DNA of 64,000 nt from Candidatus Woesearchaeota archaeon (GCA_026002815.1 BPGB01000001.1:54490-118489); one strand, 5' to 3'. Numbered from the stretch's first letter, positions 45,453 to 55,416 are shown. Notes: a model not told the origin generated them from the letters alone. Made by a program: numbers and translations.

Positions 45453-46616
45453 CTAATTATTGGAACAAACAAAAGAAGTATTAATACTACTAATGTAATC
45501 CAACTTATTCTTAACCATAATTGTAATCCTTTTTTCTTTTCCTTTTACATCTATTAATGCCGTATGGAGCATTCTTCCTCCATCTACCGGTCCTAGTGGT
45601 AGAAGATTAGCTAATCCTATTCCAAGAGACAACATAAAAATCCACTCTAGAAGAGTTGTTAGCATATATACTATTTGGTATGGCGTTTTTAGTTTTTTGT
45701 CTTTTAGAGTATATTCTGTTGTAATTCCACTCACTCCCATATATCCTTTTTCTTTATTATTAGGATTCTCAGTAAGTGTTATTGTTATGCTCTTGTTTTC
45801 GTTCTGTAGAGTTATATTATCTCCAGGAGCAGAGCAGGATATTATGTTTGTGAATGTTGTCTTATCTTCAATTGGTTTTCCATTTATATGTGTGTATATA
45901 ACATCTTTTTCTAAGCCCGCTGCTGCGGCAGGATATCCTTCTTGTATTGAACTAAATTTTACTCCTGAAGGAACAATCATTGATGAAAGAATAGGGTTAA
46001 GAATTAATAATAATATTAAAATTGTTATTCCAGAAAGTATTGCATTAAAGAATGGCCCTGATGCAAATATAGAAACCTGTACTGGGGAAGATGCTTTTGT
46101 AACTTTTTTTTCATCAGGTTCAACAAATGCGCCAGGCAACGGTCCAAAAAAAGCAATCCCTGTAGATTTTATAGGTATCCCATGTGCTTTCGCAACAACA
46201 CCATGTCCAAACTCATGAAAAACAATCACTACAAATAATGCTAGTATACCATACCAGAAAGGCAGAAATATTGGGCTTCCAGGTATTTTAACACCAGGAA
46301 TAACTAATGACATTACTGGTGGTGCATTCGGAACGAAAAATAATTCGTATACACCCCTTAAAAGAAACCCTATTATTAAAAGCATTCCTAAAAAACCTAC
46401 GCCTATTGCTGAATATCCTATTATTTTAACTAATTCTTTATTCTTATCCGTGAACTTGTCAATAACATTTATACCCCATTTTGTTCTTAATAGAAATATG
46501 AACTTACTTTCTACTTGCCATTTTTTTCTAGTGATAAATATGATAAGGGCAATTATTACATAGAACAATAGGACCGAAATGTCTACATATTCTGATATCG
46601 ATCTGAAAATCTCCAT
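45453..46616 (-). CDS. Site-2 protease (M50) with PDZ domain
   Basis: HEFGHGVVA (HExxH), NLLPLGPVDGG, and multiple TM helices. Confidence 0.88.
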   Translation of the reverse strand: MEIFRSISEYVDISVLLFYVIIALIIFITRKKWQVESKFIFLLRTKWGINVIDKFTDKNKELVKIIGYSAIGVGFLGMLLIIGFLLRGVYELFFVPNAPPVMSLVIPGVKIPGSPIFLPFWYGILALFVVIVFHEFGHGVVAKAHGIPIKSTGIAFFGPLPGAFVEPDEKKVTKASSPVQVSIFASGPFFNAILSGITILILLLILNPILSSMIVPSGVKFSSIQEGYPAAAAGLEKDVIYTHINGKPIEDKTTFTNIISCSAPGDNITLQNENKSITITLTENPNNKEKGYMGVSGITTEYTLKDKKLKTPYQIVYMLTTLLEWIFMLSLGIGLANLLPLGPVDGGRMLHTALIDVKGKEKRITIMVKNKLDYISSINTSFVCSNN

Positions 46617-46650
46617 ATTAAAAACCTTAAATAGAAGTTTATAAATTTAC

Positions 46651-46812
46651 TTATTTTTTTCTAACAGGTCTTAATGCCTTGCTATTACATTTTCTGCACT
46701 TTACTTTCTTTGCAAGTACTTTCATGTTATCTGTTCTAATCTTAGTTTTACAATTCCTACAGACGAAAACATTCTTATATAATCTTACATTTGCTTCTGG
46801 AAATTTTACCAT
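46651..46812 (-). CDS. rpl40e: Ribosomal protein L40e (53 aa, absent from the ORF track)
   Basis: Own translation: MVKFPEANVRLYKNVFVCRNCKTKIRTDNMKVLAKKVKCRKCNSKALRPVRKK. It has a CxxC...CxxC zinc ribbon and the LRP tail. Confidence 0.8.
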   Translation of the reverse strand: MVKFPEANVRLYKNVFVCRNCKTKIRTDNMKVLAKKVKCRKCNSKALRPVRKK

Positions 46813-46850
46813 ATGAAATTTTTACAAAACTATGTTTTGTAATTCCCTCC

Positions 46851-47249
46851 TTACTCAGGTTTAACCTGTTTCATTACTTTATCATTTAATATTATCCAGT
46901 ATAAAACATTTGATCCTTCTTTACAGCTTTCTTTTAATTCTTCAGGTATTTTTAAGTCGAACGTTTCAAAACTTTCTGAATCCATAACATTTGCAATGTC
47001 TCCGTTTATGCTTAATACTTGTGCAGTTTTCTTTTCTATTATTGGAACATCAATATTATCATGACCGGGCATTACTACTTCTCTTTTTTTTCCATCTATT
47101 ATTCCTACTGCTACGAGCCTTACTTTTGCATGGCCGTGTTTTCCGGGTCTTGAAGTTTGTGTATCTGTAACTATGCTTGCTACTCCGTCAATAACCACAT
47201 AGTTGCCCTTTTGTAATGAACCGACTGATTTTGGCACTGTATCTCCCAT
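46851..47249 (-). CDS. Translation initiation factor 5A (aIF5A)
   Basis: TSRPGKHGHAKVRLVAVG is the hypusine loop. Size is 132 aa. Confidence 0.92.
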   Translation of the reverse strand: MGDTVPKSVGSLQKGNYVVIDGVASIVTDTQTSRPGKHGHAKVRLVAVGIIDGKKREVVMPGHDNIDVPIIEKKTAQVLSINGDIANVMDSESFETFDLKIPEELKESCKEGSNVLYWIILNDKVMKQVKPE

Positions 47250-47357
47250 AATTTCACCATGCTGGAAGAAAATTTAGTTCATTTATAAATATTATTGTTA
47301 TTCTTTAATTTTTTTTATTTTTGTTTTTTATTTGTATTTTTGTTAAATTTTCATTTG

Positions 47358-47777
47358 TTAAATTTTTATAGATTTTATCAAACCTTTAAATTCTGGTATT
47401 TTTTTTATTTTTTTAACCTTGCTTTTTATCATCGAAAATATTTTTTTATGTATCTTTTTAGAAAAGTAGTTTTGATTTATTGATACATTTATAGTGGCGA
47501 TATATTTTTCCTTTCCGAGAATAGTCTTTTTTGGATAGAATGATATAAATATTTTTGATACAATGTTGTTAATGTTGTTTTTATCTTTATATTCTTCTAT
47601 TTTGGGTATAAAGTAAATGTTGTATGTAAAATTTTGCATATCTATATCCCCAAAGTATCTTATTTGTTTGTCTTGTATTAATTTATTCAATTCTTCATCA
47701 AAGTCATTAAATAATAATGCAAGTAATTCAGGACTAGAATATATGCTTCCATTTTTTAATTGAATGTATTTATTCAT
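47358..47777 (-). CDS. Hypothetical protein, 139 aa
   Basis: ORF only. Confidence 0.4.
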   Translation of the reverse strand: MNKYIQLKNGSIYSSPELLALLFNDFDEELNKLIQDKQIRYFGDIDMQNFTYNIYFIPKIEEYKDKNNINNIVSKIFISFYPKKTILGKEKYIATINVSINQNYFSKKIHKKIFSMIKSKVKKIKKIPEFKGLIKSIKI

Positions 47778-47834
47778 AAAAACTTAGTAACTACATATAT
47801 TAATAAATCTTTTTATAGTATTATGTAGGCAATA

Positions 47835-48350
47835 TTATATGTTGGTTTCTATTTTTATCGTACATTTAGTTTTTTTAATAGTAGGGTCGTTCAGTAATAT
47901 TTGTCTTGAGGAAAATATAACGCTTTTTATGGCTTCCGTTTGTTCATATGTGAATTCTTCTGCACTAATTATTGCGTTAATAGTTAATGAATAACTTTTC
48001 CTAATAAAATCGTGCGTGCTGGCGTTAAATATTATCGATAGTAGAGGCATATTCTTTCTACCATAGATTATATAACTGTAAATTTCATCATTTCTTATTA
48101 TATCGTCTTTTACTTCTTTTTTTAAGAATCTTTTAATCATATCTTTTATTCCTGTTTTATATACATAATATAGCAAAAATTCTTTTGTTAAATAGATCTT
48201 TTCATTTTTAAACAGTATGTTACCATCTATTATGTTTCCATAAGCATCTTCTGTATAGCTTCTTCCATATTTGTCGAGTTTAATTTTTATCGGAGAACTT
48301 ATCTTTGGGGGTAATGTCTCATCTTTTGTTGTTTTTTCTTCTATTTTCAT
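47835..48350 (-). CDS. Hypothetical protein, 171 aa
   Basis: ORF only. Confidence 0.4.
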   Translation of the reverse strand: MKIEEKTTKDETLPPKISSPIKIKLDKYGRSYTEDAYGNIIDGNILFKNEKIYLTKEFLLYYVYKTGIKDMIKRFLKKEVKDDIIRNDEIYSYIIYGRKNMPLLSIIFNASTHDFIRKSYSLTINAIISAEEFTYEQTEAIKSVIFSSRQILLNDPTIKKTKCTIKIETNI

Positions 48351-48517
48351 AAGATCACCTTTGTGCAGAATGCTATTACATTATATATTTATTTTAACTA
48401 TTGTTATTTATATTGTTATTTATTTTATAATACCTATTGTTTGTATTATTGCTTTTTATATCTTGTTGTGTTATTTTGCTTTTTCTATTTATATTGTTTT
48501 TTTTGTATGATGTTGCT

Positions 48518-49199
48518 TTAAAATCTTAAAAAATTTATTCTATTAATATATCTATTAATTTTTTTCCTTTTGAGCCAATTTTCTAATTTTTTCTCTGCAT
48601 TATCACCAAATTTTTTTTCATCCATTCTAAATTCTTTAGTGTGAGCGTTATGCCTCCCGTTTTTTTATATTAAATGAATGTTTTTTATGCAATAGTTCGT
48701 GATACATAACATAGTCAAGAATGTTTTTTTCTTCAAGCGGAAGATTTTTGAATATTCTGCTTATATAAACCGTATCGCTTGTGTATTCGTAGCTTCCTAA
48801 CTTTCTAAAGGATTCTCCTGCAAAAACTAAATTTGGTTTATCCATTAATCCGTTGAAGAATTTCTCGTTTATTCTCTCAAAACTTTCTTCAAGTTCAGGT
48901 TCATGAATTGTTTTTTTTGCATATTTTGATAGTCCCTTCATGAAATTTTCATATAATTCCATTTGAGTTGTTTTTCTTATTTTTAATTTAAGAATTTTAA
49001 TAATTAAACTTTGTATTAGTCCTATTTGTATTTCATCATCTATTATTTTCCATTCTTTTGATAAGTTAAACTCTATTTTTTGATGATTGTATTTAGCATT
49101 GGCATTATATCCTTTAAAGTGTCCTGAATATTTTATGATATGTATCCTTTTGTCTTCAATATTTAATCCTTTAAACGCTCTCTCTGCAAGAATGTTCAT
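48518..49199 (-). pseudogene. SprT/DUF45-like zinc metallopeptidase with a frameshift in an A7 run (T7 on the plus strand, 48660-48666)
   Basis: The track ORF ends ...YVMYHELLHKKHSFNIKKREA. The adjacent frame continues KNGRHNAHTKEFRMDEKKFGDNAEKKLENWLKRKK..., down to the stop at 48518-48520. Confidence 0.65.
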
Positions 49200-49255
49200 G
49201 AAGAAGGCAATAAATTTTAAGTTTAATAATTTTATGAAACTTATTCTAAAATGTA

Positions 49256-50377
49256 TTATTCTGCATGAACTTCATATCTTAGTATGGCCGCTATTTTTCC
49301 TAATTCTTTTAGTTGAACTCCTTCTCTTGTTTCAGTACTTACAATAAAAACGTTTGTTGACATTTTTTCTGCTTCTTCAGTAAATTGATCTATTGTTTCA
49401 TCATCTAATGATTCTGATAACAAAACGGTTTCAACCGCTCCCATTTTTATTTTATTCATTACTTCTTCTTTTCCATATGCCGCTTTAGCAGGAGTTCTTC
49501 CTAGTATGTCAAAGAATTTGTTCATAATTTTTTTTTCTTCAGCCACATCCTCATTAGCAAGTATGTCTTCTGATTTTTCAACTAATTCCTGAAGTCCAAA
49601 TTCGCCTGTATAACTTAAATCTTTTATTGTCACTATTTTATTTTTTACTTCAGTTGTAATATAATTTCCATCTACGAATTCGTATTTTGTTGGTCCTGGT
49701 CCTCCTACTAGGATTCCTTTCAGTTCAGTCATTTGGAGAAATTGATCTTTTGCCATATCACCTATTTTTTTATAAAATTCTTTTGCGGCCAGTTCTCTGT
49801 TTTGTGCGAATCTTACGGCAGATTGTCCTCCAGCTTTAAATTTTCCAGGAACCATAGATTCCTCGTTAACTAAAGGTATTATTGATTTTCCTTTTAATAA
49901 TGCAATGTTTGCTTCTCTTCTATCAAGAACTATTAATCCATAAACAGACTTATCCTCTGCCATTTCTTTCAGAGGATCGAGAATGAATTGTTTATCGCAC
50001 CTATATAATCTTAAATTCACTGGATTCGGAGGTTCTATAGACCAGACCCTATAATCTTGAAATCCTTCTCTTTTTGCTACATTTCCTGAAAATGCAGCGA
50101 GACCATTGGGAGGGGTTCTTTTTATGAGTTTTAAGTGTTGTATCATCTTTTCTAAGGCTGCAATTACTGCATCCCTATTAGTTTTTGATTTTATGTTTGT
50201 TGCTGTTCCTTGCTCTTGTTGTAAATGGTTTATTATTGCATTCATGTCATATCCTGCAGGGATATAAACTGAAACTAGTTCGGTATGGCGTCCTCTAATT
50301 GGTTCTAATTCTTTTATAAAGTGTTTCAACTTTTGTCTTTGTAATATAGTTATCTTTTTTTGTTCTTCATCATTCAT
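49256..50377 (-). CDS. prf1: Peptide chain release factor aRF1
   Basis: TATNIKSK (NIKS) and KAGGQSAVRF (GGQ). Confidence 0.92.
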   Translation of the reverse strand: MNDEEQKKITILQRQKLKHFIKELEPIRGRHTELVSVYIPAGYDMNAIINHLQQEQGTATNIKSKTNRDAVIAALEKMIQHLKLIKRTPPNGLAAFSGNVAKREGFQDYRVWSIEPPNPVNLRLYRCDKQFILDPLKEMAEDKSVYGLIVLDRREANIALLKGKSIIPLVNEESMVPGKFKAGGQSAVRFAQNRELAAKEFYKKIGDMAKDQFLQMTELKGILVGGPGPTKYEFVDGNYITTEVKNKIVTIKDLSYTGEFGLQELVEKSEDILANEDVAEEKKIMNKFFDILGRTPAKAAYGKEEVMNKIKMGAVETVLLSESLDDETIDQFTEEAEKMSTNVFIVSTETREGVQLKELGKIAAILRYEVHAE

Positions 50378-50485
50378 AATAGAAGGATTAGAGAATACTT
50401 TTTAAATGTTATTACGTTTTTATATGTTGTCTGTTTTTTTATATGCTTATAAGATATGTGTGATTATTTTTAGTATAATCATATT

Positions 50486-50522
50486 TTTAGTGTCATTATT
50501 TTTAGTGTCATTTAGTGTCATT
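50486..50522. repeat. Three copies of TTTAGTGTCATT (50486, 50501, 50511) plus a degenerate copy at about 50468, between aRF1 and tRNA-Cys
   Basis: Read directly from the sequence. Confidence 0.7.
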
Positions 50523-50594
50523 AAATTTTTAAATGATTTATCATTCTATCTTTTATATCCTAAAATTTACTTGTTTTATAGATATTAATATATT

Positions 50595-50666
50595 TGCGGG
50601 TATAGCCAAGCGGTAAGGCAGCCGCCTGCAGAGCGGCCATGCGGGGGTTCAAATCCCTCTACCCGC
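50595..50666 (+). tRNA. tRNA-Cys(GCA)
   Basis: Folded by hand. Acceptor stem is GCGGGTA/TACCCGC. Anticodon arm is GCCGC-CTGCAGA-GCGGC. T-arm is GGGGG-TTCAAAT-CCCTC. Confidence 0.88.
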
Positions 50667-50685
50667 TTAAAATTAGGAGGATAAA

Positions 50686-50958
50686 ATGGGATTATATACT
50701 GAATTTTCGGATCACAAAGGATTATTTTATAATTTGTATGACTTATATCAACCTAAAATATCTAAGAGTTCTGAACTATGTCAAGTTTCTAAAGTTAATT
50801 CAATGAAAAATGATTCTTCTGATATTCCCATAAATATATTTTATGATATGGATTTGTTTTTTTATGGAATAAATGAGAAAACTGTTAAGAAAGAAGACCA
50901 TATTAATAGAGATTATATTAATAGAACTGTATTTTTTAATAAATTCTTTGGAATCTAA
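50686..50958 (+). CDS. Hypothetical small protein, 90 aa
   Basis: ORF with a strong SD (TAGGAGG) 7 nt upstream. Confidence 0.5.
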   Translation: MGLYTEFSDHKGLFYNLYDLYQPKISKSSELCQVSKVNSMKNDSSDIPINIFYDMDLFFYGINEKTVKKEDHINRDYINRTVFFNKFFGI

Positions 50959-51073
50959 GGTTTCCTATCAACTTTTTTCTAAATTTTATGTTTTATATTT
51001 ATTTTATATTTTAATAACTCTTTATGTTAATTATCGAAAACATTTTTAAATAATTATTTTTTTCAATTCTTGC

Positions 51074-51409
51074 ATGAAAGATAACATAAATGTTGAAAAG
51101 CATATTTTCAAATTAGTGACTCCTAACAATTGGAGAGGTATGATGGATAATACTGTATCTTTAGAAGATTATATATTTAATGTAAATGCTCGTTTAATAG
51201 ATTTTGAGCAGTTTATTCCTAATAACATGCAAATAGTATATGATGATAGAAGCAATTATGATTATGGTCAAACTTATTTTGTTGTTTTCGGTTCTAAAGA
51301 AGAATCTCAGAGAGCTATGGAGATATTTTCTACTAGGTTCGAATCTTATTTGAAGAAGTTTTCTGACAGTGCTGATGTTTGTAAGTTGAATTATATCTTA
51401 TTGAGATAG
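51074..51409 (+). CDS. Hypothetical small protein, 111 aa
   Basis: ORF only. Confidence 0.4.
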   Translation: MKDNINVEKHIFKLVTPNNWRGMMDNTVSLEDYIFNVNARLIDFEQFIPNNMQIVYDDRSNYDYGQTYFVVFGSKEESQRAMEIFSTRFESYLKKFSDSADVCKLNYILLR

Positions 51410-51474
51410 TTTGGTTTTCTTAATTCTATGTATTATTTTCTAGTTATTTTTTTCTATTTTTTATTTTCTTGTTG

Positions 51475-52125
51475 TTATTTTCTTTTAATTAATTCATATA
51501 AGAAATATATTATTATTACTGCAATTCCCCCAATTAAGAAATATGTTACTGGTGTTGTTTGTAATGCCTGGCTTGCAACTTCTTGGACCATTGGTGTTGC
51601 AGCCATCAATTTTGCACTCGCTTCTGAAGCTTGATCCGTTGCAACTGATTCTAAATTCATTAATGCGTTGCTTCGTGATGATGTGATTGTATTAAATAAT
51701 TGCATCACAAACGCGACTCCTGCAGTGATTATTGCTATAGGCAGTATATTCTTGAGTGCTTCAACTAACTTATTATTTTCTGTTTTTGGAGCGATTATAA
51801 TATATTTATTCGCCAGGGTATAATGATTGACTTCTTTTCCTTTTTTGCTGTAATGGAATTCTTCTACGACTACTAATCCTGCATCTCGTAATTGTTTTAG
51901 GTTATAATGCACAGTCGATATTGGTATGCCTAATTCTTTTGACAATTCTGATTCTGTAGCATCTTTTTTTGCGAGAAAGTCAATTATCTTTTTTGAAGTG
52001 TCATTATTTATTACCTCTGCAATCTTCTTTGCCTTTTTTTCTTCTAATGATATCAGTAAAAAGTTTTTATTCATATGCTCGTCTCGTTTTTCTTCCTTTT
52101 TAAATTCTTTAGTATTGTAGCCCAT
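51475..52125 (-). CDS. ArsR-type wHTH protein with C-terminal TM helices (membrane-anchored regulator)
   Basis: KKIIDFLAKKDATESELSKELGIPISTVHYNLKQLRDAGLV. Hydrophobic segments are ILPIAIITAGVAFVMQLF and VTYFLIGGIAVIIIYFLYELI. Confidence 0.65.
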   Translation of the reverse strand: MGYNTKEFKKEEKRDEHMNKNFLLISLEEKKAKKIAEVINNDTSKKIIDFLAKKDATESELSKELGIPISTVHYNLKQLRDAGLVVVEEFHYSKKGKEVNHYTLANKYIIIAPKTENNKLVEALKNILPIAIITAGVAFVMQLFNTITSSRSNALMNLESVATDQASEASAKLMAATPMVQEVASQALQTTPVTYFLIGGIAVIIIYFLYELIKRK

Positions 52126-52266
52126 AAAGAGAAGTAGTTTGTCATTATTTAAATATGTTTTTAACTTTTAATGATTTAGAAGTTAATATTTAAGAGTATT
52201 TATTCAAAATTAGTTTGTTATTTATTCTTTATTGGTTTTTTAGTTATGTTTTTTATTGATGCCTTT

Positions 52267-53013
52267 TTATATTAATAAGCTTCCGCTGCATTCTCCAAGA
52301 GTCCAATCTCCCATGTATCTGCATGGTTCTCCTATATTGCATATTGTTTGAGAATTAAATCTTTCTTCTTTTGTTTTTTGAAGGAATTCTCTTAGATTAG
52401 CATTGTTTATGAATATGCATTCCGCTTCTTTTCCTATCGATTCTCTCTCTAATCTCCTAGATTCTTCTAATTGTATGGTTAATTCTTCTTCAGTTATTCC
52501 ATTAGCTAATGCTTGTTCTTTGAGTTGATCTGAAAACATTACTTCCTTGTCTATTATTTTTATTTTTAATATACATTTTTCTCTGTTAATTATTTCGTAT
52601 CTTGTTATTGTAGTTATTACAATTCCTCCTAGATTAGTTTGTGAATTAAATTCTGTGGCACCTTCCTCGCAGTTATCCGCATTAGAAATCATACAGTCAA
52701 TATCACATTTTTCTTGTTGTGTAATATTTTTTTCTTCTAATAGTTTATCCGCTGCTTTTGTCGCGTAAATTTTTATTGGATCCTTAAAATAGTATCCAGA
52801 GAAACCTATTAGTATTACAATAATTACTGGTAAAAACCATATTTTTTTGTTTTGTTTGTTTATCTCTCTTCTTCCTTCTTCCATTGCATATATCGATGCT
52901 TGTTTAATGTCTTCTTCAGGTATTCCTTGTTGTAATAATGACTGTTTTATTTGCTCCAGCGTGTATCCTTTGTTAAGATATTTTTTTATATAGGGTACCA
53001 ATCTATAATCCAT
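52267..53013 (-). CDS. Single-pass membrane protein with a Cys-rich extracytoplasmic domain
   Basis: TM segment is IWFLPVIIVILIGFSGYYF. There are eight Cys residues after the TM segment. Confidence 0.5.
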   Translation of the reverse strand: MDYRLVPYIKKYLNKGYTLEQIKQSLLQQGIPEEDIKQASIYAMEEGRREINKQNKKIWFLPVIIVILIGFSGYYFKDPIKIYATKAADKLLEEKNITQQEKCDIDCMISNADNCEEGATEFNSQTNLGGIVITTITRYEIINREKCILKIKIIDKEVMFSDQLKEQALANGITEEELTIQLEESRRLERESIGKEAECIFINNANLREFLQKTKEERFNSQTICNIGEPCRYMGDWTLGECSGSLLI

Positions 53014-53320
53014 AATATATAATTATTTACTTTCATAATAAAAATGTTTTGAACTATGATGCAATGATTACTTTTTACTTAATACTGTTTGTTTAATTAG
53101 TATTTTATTTTTATTAATTTTAATATGTTCTTTGTATTAACTCAATATATGCTATCTGTATTGTTGTTTGTTGGTTATTTGTTTATTATTTGTTGACTAT
53201 TTTTTATTTATGTTATTTCTATTTGTTAAAATGTATGTCTGTTTGTTAAGTATATAACTCTGTTAATTATATAGTTTTTTTTAATTACCTTTTTAAATGG
53301 ATTTTCTATCTCTGCTTTTA

Positions 53321-53645
53321 GTAGGGTAGTGCTTGGCTGTGGGTATCTTGCTGTAAAATGCAAGAGGCTCAGGAAAGTCCGTCCACATTAAACGGCCACA
53401 CGTGAAAGCGTGCTCGCTAATAACGAGGGCAACAGCACAGAAACGCAACCCATTACCGGTTGGAATGATTGGATATATCCTTAGGCGACTATGGATTGAT
53501 TCCTTGACGTCCCGGTATTGAGGATGAAACGGCTAGTCCTGGCTTGTGCAACTCTTGAAAGAGGCTTAGTTTAATGCCAAGAAAGTCGATTCCATGGCGT
53601 CATTGCAATGGATGACTTACAGAAGACGGCTTACAGCTACCCTAC
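53321..53645 (+). ncRNA. rnpB: RNase P RNA
   Basis: P1 pairing is GTAGGGTAG (53321) with CTACCCTAC (53637-53645). CR-I-like CAGGAAAGTCCG and CR-V-like ACAGAAGACGGCTTACAG are present. GC-rich island with a TATA-like TTTTAAAT box about 25 nt upstream. Confidence 0.88.
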
Positions 53646-53693
53646 TATTTAGTTTTTATTTATCGCATCGTATTGCTCTTTTGTTGTCTTGTT

Positions 53694-54533
53694 TTAGAAT
53701 GTTTTTTCTATTATTTTTTTTAGTATCAATAATTTATATTGTCCAAAACCCTGTGTTGTTAAGTGATAGATTTCTTTTATTGGATTCATCTCTAATTTAC
53801 GATTATCGTATTCTATTATGTTTTTCATAGCTTCTTTTATTTCATATGTTTTATTATGATATTTTGTATAATTTAGTTTGAATATTGATGTTAGTTCATC
53901 TATCGGTTTTTTTGAATTATAATGAAGAGATATTAAGAATTGCATGATGTCTCTTGCTTTATCCTCTATCTTCTCCATCGGTTGTGTAAATATTAGGTTG
54001 TTTAATGATATTATTTTTCTCGTAGGAGAAATCATTACTGTATATATGGACGGATCTCTATAAGTTATGTCAGATAAATGCATTTTTGAGAGGTATTCGG
54101 CAATTATTTTCGTTAATGTCTTCGGCATTATTTTACAATACTCTGTTGCATTCATCATATCATGAGGTATTTCTGTTAATATTATTTTATCCTCTAAATA
54201 TGTTCCTTTTATTTTGTAATTTACTATTTTTGGTATATTTATTATTTCCTGTAGTTTTTCATAGATTCTTATTTGATGTTTTATAGGTTCTTCTTCATAT
54301 TTTATTGTTGAAAAACCATCATTCCATTTTTTTTCCGCATATTCTCTTAACTTAATTATTATTTCAGGTATTACTGGATATGTTATTATTTGATATTTTT
54401 CTTTATCGAATAAGAATGTTTTTGTTATTTTTTCTGCGTTATACTTGCTTCTAAACAAGAATGTATATTTATCTATTATGGTTCTATTTGTTATCTCTTT
54501 TTCTATTTTTTCTATTAATGTCTCTTGTTTCAT
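53694..54533 (-). CDS. Hypothetical protein, 279 aa (faint kinase-fold-like features)
   Basis: ORF only. MHLSDITYRDPSIYTVMIS loosely resembles a degenerate kinase catalytic loop. Confidence 0.4.
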   Translation of the reverse strand: MKQETLIEKIEKEITNRTIIDKYTFLFRSKYNAEKITKTFLFDKEKYQIITYPVIPEIIIKLREYAEKKWNDGFSTIKYEEEPIKHQIRIYEKLQEIINIPKIVNYKIKGTYLEDKIILTEIPHDMMNATEYCKIMPKTLTKIIAEYLSKMHLSDITYRDPSIYTVMISPTRKIISLNNLIFTQPMEKIEDKARDIMQFLISLHYNSKKPIDELTSIFKLNYTKYHNKTYEIKEAMKNIIEYDNRKLEMNPIKEIYHLTTQGFGQYKLLILKKIIEKTF

Positions 54534-54750
54534 TGTTTTGGAAAGTTTTTTTCGTTTTAAAAAGGTTTCTATAATTATTTACTTTTTAGTAATAATTATT
54601 TTATGGTTTGTTTAGGGTTAAAAATATAAATAAATATTATAACAGAGTGTTTTATCTTTTAAAATATTAAATAATCGATATTAGGATTATAAACGATATT
54701 AGGATAAAGATGTGTAAAGCAAATAAAACCTAAAGCAAATAAAACCTAAA

Positions 54751-55374
54751 ATGAATAAAACCGAATATTTTCTGGAAATATTCCGTAAAGCTGAAAAAAA
54801 ATACGGTAATTCAGCAAAGAGACTCGCAGGCGAGGGATGGAAAGAAGACTGGCAGACTCTCATAGCAACAATTCTAAGCGCGCAAACACGAGATGAGACA
54901 ACAATTCCTGTAGCAGAATCATTATTCAAGAAGTATCCTAAAGTAAATGACCTTGCACATGCAAAACTATCTGAAGTTGAAAAGACAATAAAAAGAATCA
55001 ATTTTTACAAGAATAAATCCAAAAACATAATCGGAGCAGCAAAATGGCTTATCGATAATGGTTATAAAGACGGTTCTGTTCCAGACACTATCGAAGAACT
55101 TATCAAGATGCCTGGCGTTGGAAGGAAGACGGCAAACTTAGTCATAACTGAGGTTCATGATAAGGACGGAATATGCGTAGATACTCATGTTCATCGTATA
55201 AGTAATGTTCTCGGTTTTGTAAAAACTAAAACACCTAAAGAGACAGAGTTTGCTTTAATGAAAGTTGCTCCAAGAAAGTATTGGTCAAAAATAAACAGAA
55301 TATTTGTTTTATGGGGCAAAGATGTTAAGGGGAGGGACAAGAAAAAGTTTTTAGAAAAATTAAAGAAAAATTAA
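54751..55374 (+). CDS. nth: Endonuclease III-like HhH-GPD DNA glycosylase
   Basis: LIATILSAQTRD, MPGVGRKTANLV (HhH) and VDTHVHRISNVLG. No C-terminal Cys cluster. Confidence 0.85.
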   Translation: MNKTEYFLEIFRKAEKKYGNSAKRLAGEGWKEDWQTLIATILSAQTRDETTIPVAESLFKKYPKVNDLAHAKLSEVEKTIKRINFYKNKSKNIIGAAKWLIDNGYKDGSVPDTIEELIKMPGVGRKTANLVITEVHDKDGICVDTHVHRISNVLGFVKTKTPKETEFALMKVAPRKYWSKINRIFVLWGKDVKGRDKKKFLEKLKKN

Positions 55375-55416
55375 ATTCTCCATAACCTTTTTAAATCAAG
55401 TATCATTCTTCATAGT

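Noticed and set aside
47295-47483. Short F/L/Y-rich ORFs in AT-rich spacers (47295-47483, 48271-48510, 50406-50588, 51428-51634, 26829-27068, 31188-31436, 62893-63177)
   Set aside because: These are low-complexity translations of T-rich intergenic or antisense DNA. They overlap better-supported genes or promoters.
53594-53830. 78-aa plus-strand ORF
   Set aside because: Its 5' part overlaps the 3' end of the RNase P RNA. The rest is antisense to the 279-aa gene at 53694-54533. The product is a low-complexity L/F/S-rich peptide.
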